Source: a virus (Duplodnaviria > Caudoviricetes). From it: 64,000 nt of DNA. The stretch spans positions 1 through 64,000 of the IMG/VR virus record IMGVR_UViG_3300020049_012431. One strand, given 5' to 3'. The position numbers and the translations under genes were made by a program. Positions 63,414-64,000 of this stretch are shown in pieces; the stretch's first letter is position 1; each line of letters starts with the position of its first letter. The notes below the pieces were generated by a model, which had not been told where the DNA came from, searched no databases, and saw only the letters and a list, made by a program, of their open reading frames with translations.

Positions 63414-64000
63414 TTATACTTCATATCCTTCTATTGTGCTATATAAATTCTGTGATTGATTGTCCAAATTAGTTAACACAACAGATACAACAACTGCCGC
63501 TGCTAAATTTTGTGGACTAACAAAGGAATACTCAATGTTTGGATTTGCCGTAGAATTGAATAATATAGCCTTTGTTACACCAGCAATTTTAATATCAACT
63601 TTCATTTTTCCACTAGCAGATGCTATTATTTTTTGTAAATGCAAAGTTTTTGCCGCAGTTACTGTATAGCTGTGTGTATCACTTGCCGCACCAGCAATTG
63701 CTGTCGCTTGTTTAAAATCCAACACCTCTGTTGCCCCAGATATTGTATCAACAATACTAACTGGAACAGGATTAGATGCCGAATAGTACGTACCAGATCC
63801 ATCAGCAATTTGCGATTTAACGCTGTCTTGTGCAGCAGAAAGATCACGAATATCTAAATCTGTAGCGTCAACTGTTAAACTTCCGCCATTGTCCGTAATA
63901 TTCAATGATCCATCAGCATTGATAGCGATAAAATCAGTTCCATCACCAATTTTAATGCTGTCTTGTGTATGCGATAAATTTCTGATGTCCAAATCTGTAG
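63414..64000 (-). CDS. Virion appendage protein, 5' end probably beyond the window
   Basis: Open frame to the window edge; repeated DIRxLSxxQDS motif. Confidence 0.65.
   Translation of the reverse strand, partial: TDLDIRNLSHTQDSIKIGDGTDFIAINADGSLNITDNGGSLTVDATDLDIRDLSAAQDSVKSQIADGSGTYYSASNPVPVSIVDTISGATEVLDFKQATAIAGAASDTHSYTVTAAKTLHLQKIIASASGKMKVDIKIAGVTKAILFNSTANPNIEYSFVSPQNLAAAVVVSVVLTNLDNQSQNLYSTIEGYEV

Noticed and set aside
1-64000. Stop-codon reassignment or tRNA genes
   Set aside because: Genes are densely packed and intact under the standard code with all three stops in use; no cloverleaf with T-loop and D-loop consensus was recognised by eye

Overview
This window is a 64-kb segment of an AT-rich dsDNA tailed phage genome using the standard genetic code. 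It has podovirus-like morphogenesis: a nozzle/tail-tubular protein, an adaptor and a run of ejection-type proteins, with no tape measure in the window. There are four transcription blocks. (i) Plus strand, ~370-33600: small early/accessory genes, a two-amidoligase + class II glutamine amidotransferase + ATP-grasp cluster, protease-like genes, Mom-like and Dam-like DNA modifiers, and a replication module (PD-(D/E)XK nuclease, ERF recombinase, primase-helicase, family B polymerase). (ii) Minus strand, 33600-54900: ejection proteins, tail, fibres and an M15 peptidase. (iii) Plus strand, 54950-56650: a short accessory block. (iv) Minus strand, 56650-64000: an HNH-Mom fusion, the major capsid gene split by an ORF-less group I intron, scaffold and structural genes. 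Portal and terminase are not in the window. The most unusual signals are: a repeated C-terminal TLILRKAA-stop cassette in early genes that varies only synonymously; two homologous unannotated structured elements (~100-230 and ~6300-6635); a promoter-defined ~200-nt RNA at 20298-20496; a capsid intron whose splice product may lack a 7-codon segment; a GIY-YIG gene that duplicates the N-terminus of the tail gene downstream with recoded codons; and a recurring leaderless promoter geometry. All family calls come from motifs read by eye; no database searches were run.
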